Positions 14,301-27,466 of a stretch of DNA of 64,000 bases are shown piece after piece. Position numbers and translations under genes: made by a program. The stretch is from Daphnia carinata. Lineage: Eukaryota. The DNA is taken from the NCBI RefSeq assembly GCF_022539665.2, contig NC_081331.1, positions 4,588,001 through 4,652,000 on the forward strand, given 5' to 3'. Within the stretch, counting starts at the first letter, position 1. Each line of letters begins with the position of its first letter. The notes beneath the pieces are model-generated. The model did not search any database, was not told where the DNA came from, and worked only from the letters and a program-made list of their open reading frames with translations.

Positions 14301-16421
14301 TTTTTTTTTTTTCAATTGTATCGTAACAAATATCTCAAATTCCTTTTCGTTGACAGTCCGCCTCGGGGAAATGGCGCTAGCTGACGGTGTCCCTCAGTCC
14401 CGCACGGGATTTCTGAGTCACGACAAACCGGACGGCGTAGGTAAAAATAAAAAGGACGCTCAGGTAGATTGATGAACCAGTTATTCTTGATTCCAAACTC
14501 GACAGTGAGAGCTGCACAATTTCTTTCTCTTTCATTTTTGTTTGTGATACTATAAGACAGAACCGTGTCGACGGATCACGGGGGTGTCCGAACTGGGCCA
14601 GCTTCTTATTTCTCTCCGACGGGAGCAACACTCTACCGCTGGAACTTTGTCGTTTCGACTCAAAATCCTGGTACACCGAGCTCACGGATTGCCACCAACC
14701 AAAACTGTGGTATATATTTCTTCAATTTATTTTTTAAATTGAATTAATAAAATCCGTATAGCGTACGGGATATCAACGCACGCGCTTTTGCGGCCTGTAA
14801 CGAAAAGTAGCTCAATATAATTTACATGAAAGTTCTTGACACTTTTATTTCCCTCCTTCTTTTGCTGAGGCAAAAATATGCGTTGTGCCACTTATCTTTT
14901 AAAACATCCTTGTAGGCTGGAAGCGAGAGAGGAGGCGCACCTTTTTTTCATTGGTGCTAATAATCCTATCTCGCTTTCTTGTTCATCTTTTTTCTAGCAT
15001 GACACATTTTACATGACATAATTACTGTTAACAGACGGAACTATGTAATGCAATTATTCTTGCCCTTTTTTTTCATCTGCTTTGCATATGATGCGCGTGA
15101 CTGTGGCCAGTTTGAACCCGAGTATATCGTCGTGGTCAACGCCTCCTATCCTGATGGAGGATCTGAAATAAAAGAAACCAAGCCTGCGAGGGGAAAAGCT
15201 CCTGAATGGAACCAGACCATAGAATTCGATGTAACTGATCGACCGGTAAGAGAATGAAAAAAAAAAAAAACAATTTTATAATTTTTGTTTTCATCGTCAT
15301 TAAGCGCTTTAAGGTCCACGGGGGATGTCAGGATGGCGTAGCCCCAATATCTATCTGAATATATAATACCGTGATCAAACAAAGGCCAGCAAGATGATAA
15401 TACCTGAACCGTTTCACTCGCCCAACTTTCCTATCGATCATGTTTCTAATTATTCTTGGCTAAGGGGAGAAGTAAAGGTGTAGGGGAAAAGAAAGAGTGG
15501 CCGTCTGAGTGCGTTCCAAGACAAAAGTTTGTGATCAATAATAGGATTATGATGGCCTTTCTACGAAAAACAAATTCAGGCCAGATTAAGTATGTCGATA
15601 ACGAACATTTTCGAGGGGGGTTGTCTGGGAAAAACACGCGTAATGCAATAAACATTCTTGGCTTCGTTATTACAATAGCCTTTTGGAACGAGGTGATTGT
15701 GTTTGGTGAATTTGAATTGCGAATTAGCGCGCCTACGTAAAGCTGTGATTCAGCACACCCCAGAAACATTAAAGGCCCACATCGCAAAGCAAAAATTTCT
15801 CAGTTAACCTCGTTTCCTTTTGTCTTCGTTGGTCCCTTTGAAAATAAAAAATTTCGAAATCCAAGAGACCGATTCATTCGTTTTACGCAGGCTTATGCCA
15901 TCTGGCGTTTGTAGAATCAGGCTTCGTATCTCTGTGTCTTGCATAACTTTATTTTAAAAACGCCCGCAAACTTGCGCAACGGCACGGCGGGCAAAGAAAA
16001 CGGTTGAACGAAGTGCGCACGGGCACAATTCATAAATACCTGTCGATATGGTGTGGATATCAGCTACCAACATTTCAAGTCGATATACAGAGTGTCTTGA
16101 CAGATAAGTTTGATTAGCTGATTGACGAAGATTGTATAAGGAAAGAAAAATAGGATTAACTTAATCGTTTTTAATTATAACAAATACTGACAGGTTAAAT
16201 CTTTGTTTATTATTTTTATTTCGGTATCGTGACAGATCGCGTCGTGCTGGCTTCATTTGGTGCTTATGCGGAAGACGAAGAAGGGCCACAGTCCCAATGC
16301 GACTGTTGGTCACCTGACCCTCGGCGCAAATTCGACGCCCGACGGCGAACGCCATTGGCAGTCTCTTGTCAATACTCACGATGTGGAAATTCCGCAATGG
16401 CATCGCCTAACATCCCGCTAG
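11332..16421 (+). CDS. Divergent synaptotagmin-like protein with tandem C2 domains (5' end uncertain)
   Basis: Frame-preserving GT-AG exons: ~11332-11745, 13130-13243, 14163-14277, 14357-14463 (or -14440), 14557 (or 14561)-14709, 15111-15245, 16236-16421 (TAG). C2A: VELTLVYVSASAQLLVHIHQL...VFKF...HLIITIY...DKKIGFFNVRL. C2B: SELGQLLISL...LKILVHRAHGLP...PEWNQTIEFDV...VGHLTLGANSTPDGERHWQSL...IPQWHRL. The last part matches the synaptotagmin C-terminal 'RHW...QWHxL' signature. Confidence 0.85.
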
Positions 16422-19400
16422 TTTACTCTACGTTTTTGAACCAAGACTGGCAATATCCTTGATGTTTTTATTAAATCAAATCTGTGTGGTCATCGAGCAA
16501 ATGAAAATCAAATTATTCTCCCCCCCCCCCATCTTTTCCAGCTTTCTCTCATTCGTTATTCATTTGAAACCATCACATAAAAAATTCATTAGACTGTCAT
16601 TCCAGATGTTATACGGGCATGAACTGATTATTTTAATCTTGTAATCAACGGAATGGTTCAAAGTCAAGGTGTACAAGATGTCGGCCAGGAGAAAGTTGGA
16701 AGATAAATTTCGTTTTTGATGTTATACTCTTGAATGTCTGACAAGTTGCATCCCATTTCGAAATTCATTCCGTCACATTTGTTATTACATTTCGTTGGCC
16801 TATATATTTAGTCCGTTTCGTAGAGGGTGTTGAAAAATGTAAGGTCGCATTCAAATTGGAGGTGAGTGGTGAAACAAACAACACGTAAACGACTCGAGTA
16901 ATTGAAAATCAGGCTCCTTAGAACGAATTTCAACTCGTTAAACAGTTAAATGGCATCGTGACTGAAACGACCCCCGTCAACAAGAAAACGACCGTGTTGT
17001 TATTGTAACACAAATGAAGGGTAAGGGTTCATCCGTTGGCACATCAGTTCATCGCTCATAAAAGAACCGTTGTATTCCCACTTAAATAAGCTGTAATTTC
17101 AAAATGTATCGAATAAATAACACGTTGAATTGCGTGCAAAGTATCGAAAGATTTCCGCTTTACACACGAACTCATCATTTTGCGACTCATGTAGGCAAAC
17201 AATGTGATTGTAGGCCAACGAGGACTTGTAGCATATCGTCGGAGTGTCTAATCGGTTCACGCCCACCGAATTGGCAAAACTCAGCAAGGTTGCGTAATCG
17301 AGGACACTCGTTTCGCCGCATCAGCAAAATAAGTACGAAAAATGTACCCCAAAGATGTGGAAAGACTCCTTTGGGGCACGGGCTGCAATCCGCCGTCTGT
17401 TTACGTAGATGAAAAAAAAAAATAAAGTAAATTCGTGAAATGGCGAGTTCCTTTCACATGGGAACTGATTGTATCTTTCGGACCCCTTCGGGACGGTTAG
17501 AACAAGGCCGCAACGACGTTGTGTCGGAGCGGAAAGGTCGAAAAACTCTTGTCAGGGAATCAGATTTTTTAAGACGTTTTTATAAACGAAACACTGACTA
17601 CGTTAATAATCAACAATGATATACGCCAAGTATTCAGAGAGTTCCATACGCTCAAGGACACAAGGAAGTTGTTTTTCCTTTTAATTACATGTGTCGAAAT
17701 GACGAACACGCCCATTTTCTAGAGAAATTCTATGGCGACATCCTTTACGACGTCCGCCCCGTTATGTATTCAATTTCAGGAAAAACTATACTCTGTAGTG
17801 TATCTCTATGGAGAGGGAGGATGTCGCAAGATGTTTGCGATAGTCCGACTAATGTGCACCGATTGATTGTGTGTCTATATCATTTAGTTTATAGGTCAGC
17901 CACAACGTACAAGATCGGTAGCTATGTTTTTTTTTTTACTCTTTGTTTGATGGATAGCACGTCTGAATAGATTATATCATTCGTGTAGACTGTGATCTGA
18001 TGAAACGCGAAATGAGACTAGAAGAACAAGCGTTCAACTCGACTTGTGTTGTCTCATTTGTTTATTTTGACGAGTGAATTCCCAGCCGATAAAGAAAGAG
18101 CATCGGGTTCGGTACTGGTTTCTCCCATTTTTTAAAATTCAGTTTGGTCGGATCGATATTCAAACAATGTGGCAGATAACGTGATTAACGTCATACATCC
18201 CGTTTGGAACGAAGAATTGTTACGCTCGCGTTTATTGCGTACCTGCTTCAACAGATTAGCCTCGCATTTATGCATTTCCCGACGTTGAGATCTGAAAAAC
18301 ACTATGCAAATTTTTCTGCCCTCTCGCCTTATGTGACGAAATAGGTTCTTCCCCTTCATCATTCCATGTTGCTCGAATCCCCATGTTAGGCCAGGCCAGT
18401 GGCTTGTTTGTGTTCAGACTACCAAATTACACTTGGGCAAAGGGGAATCCCGTTGCCTTCCAGCGAACAAACGCTAAAGGCTTGCCAAACTTGTTCTGCA
18501 TCAATTAGACGTCTGTGGATGCGGATCAAGTCACAGCTATTGAAAAAAATCCAGCTTTTCAACGCTGTTTGAATGATTGGGCATAAATAAAAGAAGCCGG
18601 CCGAGTAATGCGAGACGGCCTGATAACACAATAACGCATTAAGTGGATGTTGGGCGTTGCACGTGCCTCTAACCAGTGCCGAACGCTACGTAACATTGCG
18701 TCAATTTTCAAGGCCAATTTACATTTTATTTTTGTGAATTTCATTTTCAACCAAGTCACGCTATATCTCTTGCATCTTGTTATTTCATTTCCCGGACAGA
18801 CGAAAAACGATTCAGCAATCGCATGCTGTGAAAGCTTTTAAAACATAGGTTTTTCAAAAAATTTGTTTTCATCCGGTGGAGGAAAGAATGACAAGGTCAA
18901 TCCCGACTTCTTTTCGTGAACCCTTTTGATGTAAAAACCAACAGTTTGCTTCGCTTGCATTTATCATAGTACTACCTGTACCTTTCATTGTTTTTTGATG
19001 ACCTTCTCGTTCTTCCTACAAACCGCCAACGCATTTTCAAATTATTGACAGAAAGGAATATGACAAAGACGTTCATTTGTTCTTCAGCAGAACATTCGAT
19101 TAACTTTTGTTAGATGCGTAAATTGTTGTGCTCCAGATCTGTTCATACATGGACATGTAATGCCCTTGGTCTGCCGAATATTCGAGGGGCCTAAGTCAAT
19201 TCCAGACCCAAACAGCGTCAGGCAGTATGATGTGGAGAAAATTCAAAAACGGAATGAAAGGAAAAATTCCAGGAATTATTCAGACAGGTTTTGGGTCGCG
19301 TCATCGTCGAACAATAACGAATAGCGATGGCGTGTAAGAATTTGTCATCAAACACTTGTCAGAATGAAGATGTTGTTTCTCGAGTGAAAGTCCCATATAG

Positions 19401-20759
19401 CCAGCCAAATGATTCGACTTGGATTTTCAAAAAACTCGTTTGAGTCCGAGGGAGTGCCACATTCTTTCGACTCTTTCATTTGAGTGAAGTGTGTCACCAA
19501 GTTACAGCATCAAGAAAACGTGCGTCGTTGTGTAACTGACACAATAACGATGATCGACTGTGCTATCTAGTGCCTCTATTGATTGGTCGTATCCTGCGAG
19601 AAATTCAAAAGACGGTCATTATCTAGATGTTGATATCTCGATTGCAGAACAGGTGCGCAGCTTCCCAATTAAATGGCGTACCCGCAGTGAGGCTGATGAT
19701 GCTGGCTGATGCGGCTGATGAGAACGAAGAAGAAGTACATTTTTACGTACAAGTCATGACCGGACAATTTCTAGTTAATTTTCTTCTCCTTTCCTCTCTA
19801 CTTTGTATTCTCTCTTGTTCTATTTCAATAGATATACTCAACATGTTACATTGCTCCGGGTTGATTACGGCCAATTCGGCTGATTATGCTGAACAACACA
19901 GGAAAAATAAAGGCGCAGAAAAAAGATCAAGGGCATTTTGCATTTTTCTTCTGAACAACAAGCGGCTTCTTTTTTGTCTCATTTTAACCGCTAGTTCTAT
20001 TTTCTTTCTCGCTCTCTCCGTCTCCCTTCTTTTGTGTTCAAAAAATAAATTACTTTTATTTTTGAAATCTTTTGTTTAGGGTGTGGTGATTCCAGAAAAT
20101 GAAGCCCGGCAATCAAAACGATCCGTTCGTTCTAAGAGAATCACCAAATTTACATCGAATAAAGATGAGTAAGAAGAAGAAAGAAGTGAAATGAAAAACC
20201 TTGATTTTTTGCATCTTCGGAAAATCAAACATCCAGACAAACGGCCGTGCATTGAAAGATGTTATTATTTACGAGGCTGAACCTTTCCCTTTAACCGTGA
20301 CACTTTTACCATCCATCATCACATAAGACGACCACAAAATAGAAGGGGTTTGTCAAGCAAAAAAACAAACACGAAAGTTTTCCGAAAGATCCGATTGGGC
20401 CGATTCGTTTCTTCCGCATGTGCGGAAGGCGTAAAAAAAAAATGATGAACTTGTTGTTGTTATTGTCTTGTGCCAGAACTCACGGAGAGTCACGTTGCCA
20501 CCAGCTGCGACCTTTTTACCTATACGTGTTCTATCCTTGGTTGCCCCTTTGCTAGAAGACCTCGAGGGGAGGGGAGCTCACGTTCTCTTTAAATCTCCTC
20601 CCTCTTGTGGCTTTCGCTGACTGGAAGGCTCTCCAAAAAAGAACGAACAAACGCATCTGGAGACCGCTGCTGGGCTGGCCGTCTATATCTAGTGGGTAAA
20701 TAGTTGACTTAGCCTTCAGTACAGGTCGAGTAACGGGCAAAGAAGTCAACAATCTCATA

Positions 20760-20917
20760 ATGGAGAATCACCATCATGCGCACGATACGCATCCACCTCA
20801 AAGACATCATCCGCATCACTTTCAATCTCGAGAAATACTCCAACATATGGATGAAAGTGGCAGTCATCACTGGAAGCCGACTAAGACGCTAGATTCGACC
20901 CCAACTAATTCTATTGC
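20760..20917 (+). CDS. His-rich first coding exon, probably an alternative first exon of aquaglyceroporin 1
   Basis: ATG at 20760 reads MENHHHAHDTHPPQRHHPHHFQSREILQHMDESGSHHWKPTKTLDSTPTNSI-A and ends in a GC|GTGAGT donor (phase 2). The acceptor ttttacttgcag|T at 23924 is also phase 2 and continues in frame into PSAMAPKLMK. Too short for the ORF track. Confidence 0.7.
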
Positions 20918-23900
20918 GTGAGTTTGCAGCTAATTTATTTCGTTTTTTCTCTTTTGATTTTAAGAAACTTTCTGTTTTTTCAGTTTTTTTTTTATTATGG
21001 TCGTGTATGCTATCAATTTGGTGGGTTATATGTAGAAGTGGTCATCATCGTCAGTTGTCTCTTTTCTTCCTAACTCTTTTTTCTCGACCCTACCATGTTC
21101 TTATTGTAGAGGGTACTGGGTTTATTTGGAAACGGACAGTAATATACATGTGGAATCAATTTTAGCTGGACGGGGCACAGGATCGTCCTTGTGTATTACA
21201 GTGATTCGACTGTCGTACACGTAGAACGTTATTTTATTCCAGCCCGTTGAGTGGTTTGTCGCATGACAATCATTCAAAAGCTCCCTATACTTGGTTTTGT
21301 GCACTGCGTTGTCATATTGGAATACGCATATGGAACTGGCCGATTTTTTTTTTGAGAGCGCAATAGAGTTTATTTTTATCCGGAGCACGGTTACAATGTC
21401 AGCTCTCTCTTCATAATCGCAGTGGAACCAGGTTCAGCCAACGCGTTCAAACCCCAGTGATTGCGTCCACAGTTATTTAGTGAACGTTTTCATTTAGTAG
21501 TGATTTGGGATCGAAAAAAAAAATAAAATAAAATACGGTCAATAGAAATGATTATTATCAACATATATCACATGATAGTAAGCGAGTCTGAAGGTCAGTT
21601 TAAAAAACGCGGAGATTGAAGAGAAGATTGCGCGCATCGACTGTCTCCCCTCATCTCACCCATCTGTACAAACAAACGGGACTGGCCAGTCAATGTATCT
21701 ACTATCCCATGTTAACGAAAGGGAAATTGATAGCGCGGACCACCACAGCACTGTTTCCCTCCTTATTTTGACACTCGTCCGATAGATGTGATGGATTCCA
21801 AAGTAACAGAGAATTTTGGTCGGGGAGACCGGGAGTCACGCTGACCTGGTAGGCGGGGAGGGGTAGGGAGGCAGAGAGTGTAAGAGGCTCTCAAACGAAG
21901 GCGGCGGTGGGGACACTTGACTTGCCGCGACTTTAGTGTTCAGTTGTGCATCACCCGTGCTGCCCAAAACCCAATCCTTAAAAAAAAAACCGGCGCGCCA
22001 AAAAGAAGGTAAGATCTACATTCTCTAGTGCTTTGCTGTCATCATTTGATGACATGATCGTTTTCTCTTTACAAAAAAAAAGATGTCTATACAAGCCGGG
22101 TCAAAGAGAAATGACGTTCACTTTAGATCCAGAAAATCTAGCGGGGGAAAAATAGGTCGCACATGTTGTTGACTTTGAGAGAATGCCACATAAACAAAAC
22201 AAAATGTACAGGACTCTGTGACACATTTTTTCTCTCTATGGACGCACAAGTGCGTGGCGTAACCCCTTGTCTATACAGTTTTCTTTCGAGACTCTCACAG
22301 ACCCGAAGTTTGGACACCAGACTCGATCTAACATTTCCCTTTTCTTCCGTGTTCCGTGTCCCATCTATTCGTGGCGACCCATCTAAAAGTGTTTCTCTCG
22401 CACTCTCCGTCCATTTTTCTTTTTTGTTTTCCAACTTCTGAAAATAGATCGGTTAAATAGAGGACCCTCCAAAAAAAAAAAAAAAAAAAAAAAGCTTATC
22501 TAGAAAAACTAATCGGTACGGAGCACGAGGTTCATCGCAACATATCGCCTCTACGTCGATTTGTAAAGCGTGCGGAGCAACGACGTCGCCAACGCGATCA
22601 AACCTTTTGTGTTTTTTTGTGTGGGTGTTCGTCAGGCAGTCGTCCAGTTCAATGTCGAGCTACGATTTGATGTTGGCGTAAGAGAAACTATCTCAAGTTT
22701 CAGTTTCCGTTTTTTCATTCTAACTGCTAGACGTTGTTTGGCAAAAAGAGAACTAGTTCAATAAGGTTATCTTAAAAGCTCCTTTCTAAACGTAAGGTTT
22801 TTTCTTTTTTCACTATTTCTCACTAGGTCGTGTTATTCACTAAAACAACAACAACAATAAACGAGAGTATTTAGAGTGGCTGAAGGTTGTCACTTGTTAA
22901 GGCGTGTTAAAGTTGGCAACGTTTAAATGTGTCGCTTTCACTGCTGATTTTAACTTAGCACGAGATCTAGCTGTCGTAGCTCTCACGCTCGAGAAGTGAT
23001 CATAGGTGTCTCGTTGTAGACGCGGGTCTTTTTGAATTCCAGAGAACGTGATGTTCTTAAAAAAATAGAACAGTCTATCAGTAAGGCCATAGTCTTTTCT
23101 ATTTCGTGCCTGTTAACAAGTCTCGACATACACGCAGATACTTGGAATTCAAATGACGTTTTCTCTTTATTTCATTTCTACCCTCTTGACTTCGAATGAG
23201 AAAAAAGGGACATGTCAATTGCGTGGGAAGTAAACTTGTCCAGCATGCAAGTAAACGCCCAGTTTCACGCTAAACATAACACGCTGGCGTGATAAGCTGT
23301 TTGTCAGAAACTGACCATCACCAGGGCGGATTCAGGAATTCTTTACGCTCATACGTATTTTTTCTATTATGAGAATGTTGAACCAGTAGCGTGTTATTTT
23401 CTTTTGTTTTTTTTTTCCTGCTTCTCTTGTTACAAGAACGCCGAATTATGGACAAGCAACTGAAGACAGGCGGGTTTGTGAGAGACTCTGGGAAGCGTGA
23501 ATTCAATCGGCATTTCGGCGGACGGGTAATCCGAACCCGCTTTACAATCGGGAACATTATTTTCAATCGAAAGAGAAAAAGATGGGGTTTCACATTTCAA
23601 AAATCCGACGCAGCCTCGTGGAGAAGTTGCCTCTTATTTCATGTTTGGTTCTCGCCTCTTAAAGGATCCTAAGTAACAGGGCCGCGAGAGCAGATGTTCT
23701 TTATCCGTTTCCGCAAGTAGTTCTCCAATTGCTGTTTGTTCCGTCAATACGAAACAATAATCAAATTAAAAATATCTTCCTTATTCTTTTTGGTCCGCCT
23801 TTCTTGTAAAATGACTTGCTGGCGTTGGACACTTGTCGTAAACTGTGCCATCACAAAGTTGTTTTTGTTTTTTAACTGCACGCATGCAAAAATCGTTTAC

Positions 23901-23933
23901 ACTTGTCTTGTTTTTACTTGCAGTCCAAGTGCC

Positions 23934-26263
23934 ATGGCTCCCAAGCTTATGAAGATGATACGCGTCGAGGCCCCACTCCTTCGCGAGATTATGGCTGAAT
24001 TCCTGGGCACCTTCATTCTAGTGGTAAGTTTAATCCACCTGTTTCTCTTTATGATAAGCATACATTTTTTTTATCGGGATAAAGGCATTCGACCTCAGGG
24101 TCATTTTTGTGACCAACATTTGTATTCGACTTAATCTTACCTGGATAACTTGAATAGCAGTGTTTCTAGCTCACTGTCACGCGAAAACTACTTTGTACGT
24201 GAAAGTTTCTTTGCAAATACCGTTAGATCAATTTAACGTTTTATTGTGTTGATTTACATTTCTTTTATGATTTCCTGAACGTGACTAAATGGCCAGCGGG
24301 AGGGGGACATATAGGTTAGACGTAGAGACATACATCAATTCAAGTTTATTGAGTGTCTCGATATGCTTGTTGTTATTGTTAGTTTTTGGGGTTTTTTGTT
24401 TGTACCGAGAACCACGCCCTCACTTCACAGGTGTGGTTGGTAAACGTGTAAAGCGTTTAACGTACCTGCGTGCGTAATACCAGTAAAAAAGAGCAAATAT
24501 CCCATGACGGATTGAAAGGTAGACGCTCGTTTTTGTCCGACATAAGACGGACAAACTTGATCAGCAAGGAAAACAAAATGTAAATCTATGCGATATTCAG
24601 TTCTGTTCAAGATCAATCCATAGGTTGAAAGAAGTCTGTGTTTGATAAAAAGCTGCTCATGGGGAAAAACGTACCAAATTCGTAAGAGATTAGCAACGTT
24701 TTAAAGGTTGGATAGATCAGAATAAGCACACTGTCAATCAATCCGATTTAAAATCGAACAAGAATTGATTCTAATCAATTCACAGCTAAGCCCTAGCTTA
24801 GTATATCACTTATCGAGAGGATTTATTCGTTAATCCCGCGATAAGTGACATGTGTCTTGTCCAAAACAGGATGCTTCTGTTTGCCAAAAAATGTGAACGT
24901 GACTAAATAGTTTCGTCTTTGTTTTATTTACATTTCTTGTACAGCTGTTTGGCGACGCCAGTGTAGCCCAATCGAAACTATCAAATGAAGCTAATGGTGA
25001 CTTCTTCTCCATAAACTGGGGCTGGGCAATTGGCGTCATGATGGGAGTCTTGGTTGCTGGGGGCGTATCGGGTATGCAATTTGTTTTTCGCACTTCTCTT
25101 TCCGAAATACAAAAATAGATTTGCCTTTCGTAAAAGAAAATAACAAGAAAATACGATGAAACAAAGGTTCCAGATAAATAACGGCACGATTTACAACTTG
25201 ACAGGTGCCCATTTGAATCCCGCTGTCACGTTGGCAATGGCTTGTGCTGGTCGTCTAGCAATCATCAAAGTTTTCTTTTACATGCTGGCCCAATACTTGG
25301 GCGCGTTCGCTGCGGCCGCCTCTGTCCTTGGCGTCTACAGCGGTATGTGTGAAATTTTGCAAACAAACATCACAATAATGAAACCATAAAGAATCCTCTT
25401 GTCGCTATTTTCACAAGACATTCTTTTGTGTTTTGTTTTTGTTCCCCGCTGCAGATGCGATCCAGTCTGTAAGCAACGGGACTTTGACTATGAACGAAGA
25501 GACACAAGATCCAGGACTGGCTGGCATTTTTGCCACTTATCCAGCCCCATGGCTCTCGGTTGCTGGAGGGCTTGGCGACCAGGTGTTTTGTCTATTAAAA
25601 AACAAATGCTTTTTTGAATTTTAATCATCATTATCGCAATTTTTTTTAAGATATTGGGCACCATGTTGTTATTGCTCTGCATCTGCGCCATCACGGACAA
25701 AAAGAACACACAAATCCCTTCTGCTTTAGTGCCTATGTACGTGGGATTCACCATCCTAGGCATCGGTGTTTGCTTTGGTGCTAATTGCGGTTATGCGCTC
25801 AATCCGGCCAGAGATCTTTCCCCACGACTCATCAGTCTTATCGCCGGATGGGAACAATCTTTCAGGTGAAAAAAGATGATGAATTTCTTCATCATTTGGA
25901 ATCCTAATTTGACGCTTGCTTTCAAAATACTCAGCTGGAACAACTACAACTGGTTCTGGATTCCAATTGTTGGCCCGCATATCGGAGCTATCCTCGGAGT
26001 TTTTATTTACATCGCTTTCGTTGAAGCTCACTGGCCTGAGGATGGAGACGAACTGGTACCCGCGAACGTGCCACGAGGAAATTTCAACAAAGACAGGGGT
26101 GAGAAGATCCAGACCATGGATATGGAGAGTAAGAATTATAAATATAAATATTGCAATGATTATCCTGCCCACGTTGAGCTAAAGATATTTTGCCCATATG
26201 CATCCATAAAGGAAAACGAGTCTAAAACGATCATTTTTAATTTAAATACGTATAGGTTTCTAA
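23934..26263 (+). CDS. Aquaglyceroporin 1 (MIP family, AQP3/7/9/10/GlpF-like)
   Basis: Exons 23924 (ATG 23934)-24023, 24945-25071, 25205-25342, 25455-25582, 25651-25865, 25935-~26128. Motifs AEFLGTFILV, GVSGAHLNPAVT, GIFATYP, NCGYALNPARDLSPR (Asp after the second NPA-R is the glyceroporin signature) and WFWIPIVGP. The 3' end is ambiguous: either a micro-exon 26256-26263 after a GTAAGA donor at 26129, or read-through to 26328. Confidence 0.95.
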
Positions 26264-27466
26264 ATAGAATGCAGACATCCTTCCATCGCTATTTGGCCAA
26301 CTTTTTTTTTTTTGTAAAAATTTTTTAAATCAAGGGGTGAGTTATAACATTTTACTGTGTGGCAATGGTTTGCTGTTGGGCATTTTAAATTACAGCGGCT
26401 TCCCTTCCTTTCTTTTTCCCGCTAGCGCTATATTTAATTTTTTTTCTGCAATTAATAGTGCTATGGTGGATATAGACGAAGACTAATTTGCCAACATTTT
26501 CTTCTCGCACAAACAGGTTACGCCGCGTCGACATAAGAAGGGCAACCACCTTGCCATCCTATTTCTTCCGTCACCGAGACCACCGTCGTTCCATTCTTTT
26601 GTTGTATCGCTGATCCTCATTATTTTGTCTTCATTTGGGAAATGGACCACTGTATACTCCTCCATACAAAAAAAAAACGAATTTTTAACTATTTTGATTG
26701 GAACTAGTTTTATTTACTTCATGCATTCAAACAGAGTATCTCCATCCCTATATTTTCACACGTACAGGAAACTATGGCATGAAATCACCTATGAATATTC
26801 CTGTACCCAGCAAGCAGCTAACGTGTATCCCTAATGAATCATTCTGTAACGTTACACTATTGTAGCCGTGTTATTTTTTCGGCACTTTAAGCTGACATAC
26901 ATGTACAAAAGCACATTTTTCCCCCTTCGTTTTAAAACATGTTTGGCGTAAACTCATTTCATTTCACATCGCGAGAGATTATCACAATAAACAACAGGTC
27001 TTTACTTAAGGCACAAATATGGATGAAAGAAGAAAGCCGATAAAAGCCGAAGTGCTCAATAACTTTCACTTCTATGGATGTCTAAATCACAAAAAAATAA
27101 GAAACGTTACAGATAGACTTTGTATGGGGGAGACATGCAAACAGAGACTGGATGACCGCTTTATTTAGACAGATAAAATTCAAAACAGTTTTTCTCAGAT
27201 TGTTATTGAAACATTGTGTGGGTTTACTTAAAAGATAATGCCTTCCGTTGCACAATAGTCCAATGTCAAGCCGTCAGCATGTCAGTCTCGTCCATGACAG
27301 GCTATTTTTCGGATGTTTTTCGTTGAGGGGCAATGGCGTGGTCAGATTTGGGGCCGGGCCGATCTTATCAGGTGAGGGAGAAAGTAGACCAAATAACAGC
27401 TGGTTTTCTATAGTCGTAGGAATAAACTCATACGTCTTAGTTGATCATTCCATCTAAAGCAGAAGG

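Noticed and set aside
16229..16462. ORF-track protein MTDRVVLASF...
   Set aside because: Wrong frame. The real last synaptotagmin-like exon is 16236-16421 in another frame.
19160..20079. Short ORFs and a 150-aa hydrophobic ORF between the Syt-like and aquaporin genes
   Set aside because: The hydrophobicity comes from T-rich DNA; no homology recognised.
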